Source: Raphidiopsis brookii D9
GTDB taxonomy: Bacteria > Cyanobacteriota > Cyanobacteriia > Cyanobacteriales > Nostocaceae
Assembly: GCA_000175855.1 (NCBI GenBank)
Contig: ACYB01000042.1
Coordinates: 240,001 to 272,000, forward strand
DNA: 32,000 nt
Direction: 5' to 3'
Part shown: in pieces, positions 27,738-32,000 of the stretch
Position numbering within the stretch: position 1 is the first letter of the stretch
Layout: the number at the start of each line of letters is the position of its first letter
Position numbers and translations under genes: made by a program
The notes under the pieces: generated by a model
Told to the model about the DNA's origin: nothing
The model's database searches: none
Seen by the model: only the letters and a program-made list of their open reading frames with translations

Positions 27738-28317
27738 AAAATTGCCTTTTTTAGTGGTGTTAGTGGTGGGACTAATAATTTTATTGGCCCAAAATCTTGC
27801 TCCCACCTTACCCCTAATGTTCTTGGGAATGCGGAGTCGTCCCCTACCTCTAGCTTTGTGGATTTTATTTAGCATTACTGCTGGTGGTTTAACATCTTTA
27901 CTTATTAGCACTTTTATTGGCACCCTGTGGAAAATCACTGGGTACTCCACCACTGAGACTGGTTCATCTGCTCCCCCAAGTGGATCAAAATCTAAATCTT
28001 TTGATAATTATAGTCAAGAGAATATACCCAGGGAAAAGAGCAGGGATGAATTTGATGATTGGCAAATGAGTTCCCAGGAAGGTGATGACTGGGATTCGAC
28101 TCAACCACCAAAATCACCAACCCAGCGGAATGCTTCTCCTTCCGACTCCGTTTATTCCTACAGTTCCCAGTCACCTAAAAATACTGGGGTGGGGAAAACT
28201 GAATCCATTTATGATGCGGACTATCGAGTCATTATTCCCCCCTATCAACCCCCAAGCACCAAGAAAAGTGATAATGATACTGATGATGATTGGGATTTTT
28301 TGACAGATGAGGAATAG
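27727..28317 (+). CDS. LapA-domain (DUF1049-like) membrane protein with acidic Ser/Asp-rich tail
   Basis: Has two N-terminal TM helices (FLVVLVVGLIILLAQ, LALWILFSITAGGLTSLLIS) followed by a low-complexity tail with three DDW motifs. The GTG start overlaps the prfB stop. Confidence 0.6.
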   Translation: MVSRKLPFLVVLVVGLIILLAQNLAPTLPLMFLGMRSRPLPLALWILFSITAGGLTSLLISTFIGTLWKITGYSTTETGSSAPPSGSKSKSFDNYSQENIPREKSRDEFDDWQMSSQEGDDWDSTQPPKSPTQRNASPSDSVYSYSSQSPKNTGVGKTESIYDADYRVIIPPYQPPSTKKSDNDTDDDWDFLTDEE

Positions 28318-28320
28318 ATC

Positions 28321-28824
28321 ATGGATGCTTCAATCAAGCAATCATTAAAAGGAGTAAACCTATATTTAATTGGCATGATGGGAAGTGGTAAAACTACCAT
28401 TGGTAGTTTACTAGCACAAGCAGTCAATTATAGTTTTATAGATACTGATGAAGTTATAGTCAAAGCTGCGGGTAAACCCATCAGCGACATTTTCACCACC
28501 GAGGGAGAAACAGCATTTCGTCAACTGGAGAGTAATGTTTTAGCTCAAGTCTGTGCCTACACTAAATTAACCATTGCTACGGGTGGAGGCATTGTTCTGC
28601 GCCGAGAAAATTGGAGTTATCTCCATCATGGATTAATAATTTGGCTTGATGTATCAGTAGAAATACTACTAGAGAGATTAAAAGAAGATCAAACAAGACC
28701 TCTTTTACAACACCCAGACCCCCAGAGTAAATTGCGATCGCTTTTAGATGAGCGTTATAGTTTATACTCGCAAGCCGATTTACATATTGAGATTACCCAA
28801 CAGGAACACCAGGACAAACTGTGA
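28321..28824 (+). CDS. aroK: Shikimate kinase
   Basis: 167 aa. Has Walker A GMMGSGKTTIG, DTD, FR..E and GGG segments. Confidence 0.9.
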   Translation: MDASIKQSLKGVNLYLIGMMGSGKTTIGSLLAQAVNYSFIDTDEVIVKAAGKPISDIFTTEGETAFRQLESNVLAQVCAYTKLTIATGGGIVLRRENWSYLHHGLIIWLDVSVEILLERLKEDQTRPLLQHPDPQSKLRSLLDERYSLYSQADLHIEITQQEHQDKL

Positions 28825-28949
28825 CCAATATTCTGCAGGCAATTCCCGGAGTTTTAAAAACACCGGTGGAGAAATCCCAAAATTAACCCAGCCATCTATT
28901 ATATTTAGTTTCATAGCAAATTCAGCATCAAACTTGGAATATTTACATA

Positions 28950-29840
28950 ATGGTTAACGATATTGAGTATATCAGGCAAGCAGAAGCTACCCGCGTTAAA
29001 ATTCTCAGCGAAGCTCTACCATATATCCAACAATTTTCAGGTCGTACCGTAGTAGTTAAATATGGGGGTGCGGCAATGAAAGACAGTAATCTTAAAGACA
29101 AAGTTATTCGTGACATTGTATTTTTATCTTGTGTTGGTCTAAGACCAATTTTGGTTCATGGTGGTGGACCTGAGATTAATAGCTGGTTAGATAAACTAGG
29201 GATCGAACCACAATTTAAAAATGGCCTGCGAGTAACGGATGCACCAACCATGGATGTAGTAGAAATGGTGCTGGTAGGTAGAGTCAATAAAGAAATAGTC
29301 TCTCTGATTAACCAATCTGGTGGTATGGGAGTGGGACTGTGTGGTAAAGATGGTAATTTGATTACTGCTCGTCCCCAGGGAGATGAAAGTATTGGTTTTG
29401 TTGGGGAAGTCAGCAGTATTAATATCAAGATTCTAGAAACCCTTTCTAAAAGTGGTTATATTCCAGTAGTTTCTAGCGTAGCAGCTGATGATAGCGGACA
29501 GGCTTATAACATTAACGCTGATACGGTAGCAGGAGAGATAGCAGCTGCTTTGGGGGCGGAAAAATTAATTTTATTAACGGATACTAGGGGGATTTTAACA
29601 AACTACAAAGATCCATCTACTTTGATTCCTAAAGTAGATATTAGAGAAGCAAGAGAATTGATTAATGATGGTATAGTGAGTGGGGGTATGATCCCCAAGG
29701 TTAACTGCTGTGTGCGCTCTCTTGCTCAGGGGGTAAAGGCCGCCCATATAATTGATGGTCGTATTCCCCATGCTCTCTTGTTAGAAATATTCACGGATGT
29801 AGGGATTGGAACTATGATTTTAGGATCTCAGTTTCAGTAA
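28950..29840 (+). CDS. argB: Acetylglutamate kinase
   Basis: 296 aa. Has [19 protein letters not shown] and NINAD motifs of the amino-acid kinase family. Confidence 0.93.
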   Translation: MVNDIEYIRQAEATRVKILSEALPYIQQFSGRTVVVKYGGAAMKDSNLKDKVIRDIVFLSCVGLRPILVHGGGPEINSWLDKLGIEPQFKNGLRVTDAPTMDVVEMVLVGRVNKEIVSLINQSGGMGVGLCGKDGNLITARPQGDESIGFVGEVSSINIKILETLSKSGYIPVVSSVAADDSGQAYNINADTVAGEIAAALGAEKLILLTDTRGILTNYKDPSTLIPKVDIREARELINDGIVSGGMIPKVNCCVRSLAQGVKAAHIIDGRIPHALLLEIFTDVGIGTMILGSQFQ

Positions 29841-29848
29841 CTACCAAT

Positions 29849-29901
29849 AGGGCTTGTATCCAAAAGTTTCTCGACGGAGCTAGAGGAGAAATTTAAGCCC
29901 T
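29849..29901 (+). terminator. Nested inverted repeats after argB (terminator or RNA structure candidate)
   Basis: Outer arms AGGGCTT (29849-29855) and AAGCCCT (29895-29901). Inner arms TTTCTC (29867-29872) and GAGAAA (29886-29891). Confidence 0.3.
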
Positions 29902-29928
29902 AGGAAACTATTAATGAACTAATCACCA

Positions 29929-30444
29929 ATGGGTACAGAAAACCTAGAAACTGCAAGAAATCTCTACTCCCAGGGCAAAATTGCCTTTGAGAACGGAGAA
30001 TATCAACAATCTGTAGATAATTTGGAAAAAGCTACCAGTCTACTGTTGCAAAATTCTCGCTTTGCTGGAGAAGTAAATATCTGGTTAGTTAACGCTTATG
30101 AAGCTACGGGAAGATCCCAAGAAGCGATCGCCCTTTGTCAACAGCTTTCCCATCATCCCCATTATGAAGTTAAATCCCAGGCTAAGCGCTTAGTCTACAT
30201 ATTAAAAGCTCCCAAACTCAAACGACCAAAAGAATGGATGACAGAGATACCTGATTTTGCTACAATTTCTGAGGGTCAAACCAAAACCCTAATTGCTCCG
30301 CAAAAATCGACTGCGCCCAAGAAGTCCCCGGATTCAGAATATGTGGATCTTAGTCAGGTAAACACACAGGATAATCTTTTTATTTGGGTGGCTTTAATTA
30401 TTGCTGCTTGTACTATTTCCTATTTAGTTTGGTTGAGTTTCTGA
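29929..30444 (+). CDS. TPR-like protein with C-terminal membrane anchor (conserved hypothetical)
   Basis: 171 aa. The N-terminal helical repeat text is A..LY..G...F..G.Y..A...L..A. The C-terminal TM helix is LFIWVALIIAACTISYLVWL. Confidence 0.5.
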   Translation: MGTENLETARNLYSQGKIAFENGEYQQSVDNLEKATSLLLQNSRFAGEVNIWLVNAYEATGRSQEAIALCQQLSHHPHYEVKSQAKRLVYILKAPKLKRPKEWMTEIPDFATISEGQTKTLIAPQKSTAPKKSPDSEYVDLSQVNTQDNLFIWVALIIAACTISYLVWLSF

Positions 30445-30575
30445 ATAAGGTTTAGACGTAGTTTACCTTTCCTAAAAGAAAAAATATATGGCCACATACA
30501 AAACCACAAGGTTGGTTTTTAAAAACAGGATCCATAGTAGAAGCTTAATAAAAGCTGGCAAAAAACTCCAAAAGG

Positions 30576-31277
30576 GTGATGATGATTTTAATCATCTTTA
30601 TGTCTTTAATTTTATCCGGTTGTGTAGAATACAACCTGGGTATTAATTTTCATGACACTAATAATGCTGAATGGGTACAACACATTCGGATTGCTGAAAA
30701 CTTGACCAGTTTCAGCAGTGATTATTTACGGGAGTGGTTTAATGCTTTATCTCGACGCGTTACCAACATAGGGGGTTCCACTAAATATATTTCTCCTGGT
30801 GAACTAATGGTGAGAATACCTTTTACTCATGGTCAGGAACTAAAGGAGAAATTGGCCAGTTTTTATCCACGCTCCCTACAAAACTCTCTCCATGAACCAA
30901 TCAATATTACTTCCAACATAACTCTAAAAGAAAATAACTTTTTGTTCCTATCCAGAAATAATTTAATTTATCAATTAGATTTGCGCTCTTTAGCAGGAGT
31001 GGTCGCACAGCAAAACAGTTCGGATACAACTCAAATTCCCCTCTTCAACATAGACTTTACCCTGAAAACACCCTGGGGAATCAAGAATATTAATTCCACG
31101 GTAAAACCTCTCCCACCAGAAACAAATAACCGACAAACAACATGGCAAATGCAACTGGGAGAGTTAAATCAAATAGAGGTAGTGTTTTGGCTCCCCAATA
31201 TGCTTAGTATTGGAGCTTTGATAATTATTATTTTAGTTTGGTGCGGTTACTACTTGAAATATTCCAGGTTAAGTTAA
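30576..31277 (+). CDS. Putative lipoprotein (DUF3153-like), with C-terminal TM helix
   Basis: Lipobox LILSGC near the N-terminus, C-terminal TM helix LSIGALIIIILVWCGYYL. The family name comes from memory of similar cyanobacterial proteins, and the start is uncertain. Confidence 0.5.
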   Translation: MMMILIIFMSLILSGCVEYNLGINFHDTNNAEWVQHIRIAENLTSFSSDYLREWFNALSRRVTNIGGSTKYISPGELMVRIPFTHGQELKEKLASFYPRSLQNSLHEPINITSNITLKENNFLFLSRNNLIYQLDLRSLAGVVAQQNSSDTTQIPLFNIDFTLKTPWGIKNINSTVKPLPPETNNRQTTWQMQLGELNQIEVVFWLPNMLSIGALIIIILVWCGYYLKYSRLS

Positions 31278-31407
31278 GTAAGTCGGCTCATAATTCTGAG
31301 ATTTATTATTATAATTACTCATGGTGTTTTTTAAACTTTTACCATCAATTGCAATCCAATCTTCTTTACAGCAACACATTTAATTGTGAATTCTGTTGAC
31401 GCATAAT

Positions 31408-31480
31408 ACAGTGAGTGCGAGTGCTTCGCAATCGCACTTGCGAGATCCCACTGTACTCACACCCGGGCGATCGCCCGGTG
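31408..31480. other. Compound GC-rich stem-loop element in the intergenic region, including a 16-bp HIP1-centred perfect palindrome
   Basis: Hairpin 1: ACAGTG..GCGAGTGC-TTCGCAATC-GCACTTGC..CACTGT (31408-31454). Palindrome: CCGGGCGATCGCCCGG (31463-31478). Confidence 0.6.
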
Positions 31481-31481
31481 A

Positions 31482-31490
31482 ATTATACCA
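31482..31490 (-). promoter_or_regulatory. Extended -10 promoter candidate (TGGTATAAT on the minus strand) firing into the stem-loop element
   Basis: The reverse complement of ATTATACCA (31482-31490) is TGGTATAAT, that is TGn plus a perfect TATAAT. The -35 is weak (TTAGAT at 17-nt spacing). Confidence 0.35.
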
Positions 31491-31559
31491 GCAAAAAACC
31501 ATCTATCTAAACACAGAAAAGCTTATAAGAGAGATTAAAAAAATCTTAACATCCCAATA

Positions 31560-32000
31560 TCATTGCTCCTGATTTTTTATTTGGTTGACACCCAATTGAG
31601 ACAGAATAATTGCCAAGCGCTCCAGAGTCTCTGGTGAAAGTCCTTCTAAGAGGTCCTGAAGAGAATATTGCTTTAACACCTCTTTTGGAGAATATTGCTT
31701 GATCTCTTCCGGAGAATATTGCTTTAACACCTCTTCAGTCGGTATATCTCTCAAGTGATTTATTACAAAATCTTTTTTAAATTGCTCTAATGTATATGTC
31801 ATTGGTAGTTTCTCCTTTAAGTAAAACTCATATAGTTGCTGCATTAACACGCTATGCTCGCTATTGAGGTAAATTTCTTGATAATGGCTAATCGCTTCTT
31901 CTACCACTTCTGCTTTTGCACTAAACAGTCTCCACAACTCATTATTGGCACTTTTAGGTATTTTAGAAAGCACTATCAGTCTAACGTTCATACCAACACA
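31560..32000 (-). CDS. Hypothetical protein with tandem KQYSP peptide repeats; frame is open to the window edge, so the N-terminus may be outside
   Basis: The ORF from the ATG at 31991 is 143 aa, and the frame has no stop up to 32000. The C-terminus has EEVLKQYSP/EEIKQYSP/KEVLKQYSL repeats encoded by a repeated 24-mer. Confidence 0.55.
   Translation of the reverse strand, partial: CVGMNVRLIVLSKIPKSANNELWRLFSAKAEVVEEAISHYQEIYLNSEHSVLMQQLYEFYLKEKLPMTYTLEQFKKDFVINHLRDIPTEEVLKQYSPEEIKQYSPKEVLKQYSLQDLLEGLSPETLERLAIILSQLGVNQIKNQEQ

Noticed and set aside
31278-31559. tRNA, tmRNA or other known RNA gene in the structured intergenic region
   Set aside because: No cloverleaf arrangement, no T-loop GTTCRANYC or anticodon-arm pattern could be recognised. 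Only generic hairpins are present.

Overview
The window reads as a chromosomal, mostly housekeeping segment of a cyanobacterium, probably a filamentous, Nostocales-like one. This is inferred from at least 14 copies of the HIP1 octamer GCGATCGC counted by eye, AT-rich composition, and cyanobacteria-typical genes and clusters (ycf46-like AAA ATPase, DUF29, asd-dapA-rnj, tig-clpP-clpX). Gene order: partial metallophosphoesterase; orphan ParA/MinD-type ATPase (-); ureD-ureA-ureB-ureC (+); a frameshifted class-3-like aldehyde dehydrogenase; rpmF (L32, 56 aa, below the ORF-track cutoff, -); a caspase-fold protein lacking the His/Cys dyad and split into three frames; a Mo-nitrogenase-C-terminal-domain protein; rnj, dapA, asd (-); tig, clpP, clpX (clpX split at a G-run); an alpha/beta hydrolase; two tandem DUF29 genes; a LivJ/NatB-type substrate-binding lipoprotein; a small beta-barrel-like secreted protein; SbcC/Rad50-like ATPase with a CxxC zinc hook; an SH3b membrane protein; a Ycf46-like AAA+ ATPase; a BI-1/YccA-like membrane protein; prfB with its canonical programmed +1 frameshift; a LapA-domain membrane protein; aroK; argB; a TPR-like anchored protein; a DUF3153-like lipoprotein; and a partial ORF with KQYSP peptide repeats. 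I saw no rRNA, tRNA, CRISPR array, transposase or prophage genes. Five frame disruptions across four conserved genes all sit at mononucleotide runs, which suggests homopolymer miscalls in the assembly rather than real gene decay. I do not see a convincing novel multi-gene system. The best leads are the mosaic tandem DUF29 pair, the dyad-less membrane-anchored caspase-fold protein, a structured intergenic element carrying an extended -10 promoter near 31.4 kb, and two helical-turn-periodic direct repeats in intergenic DNA.
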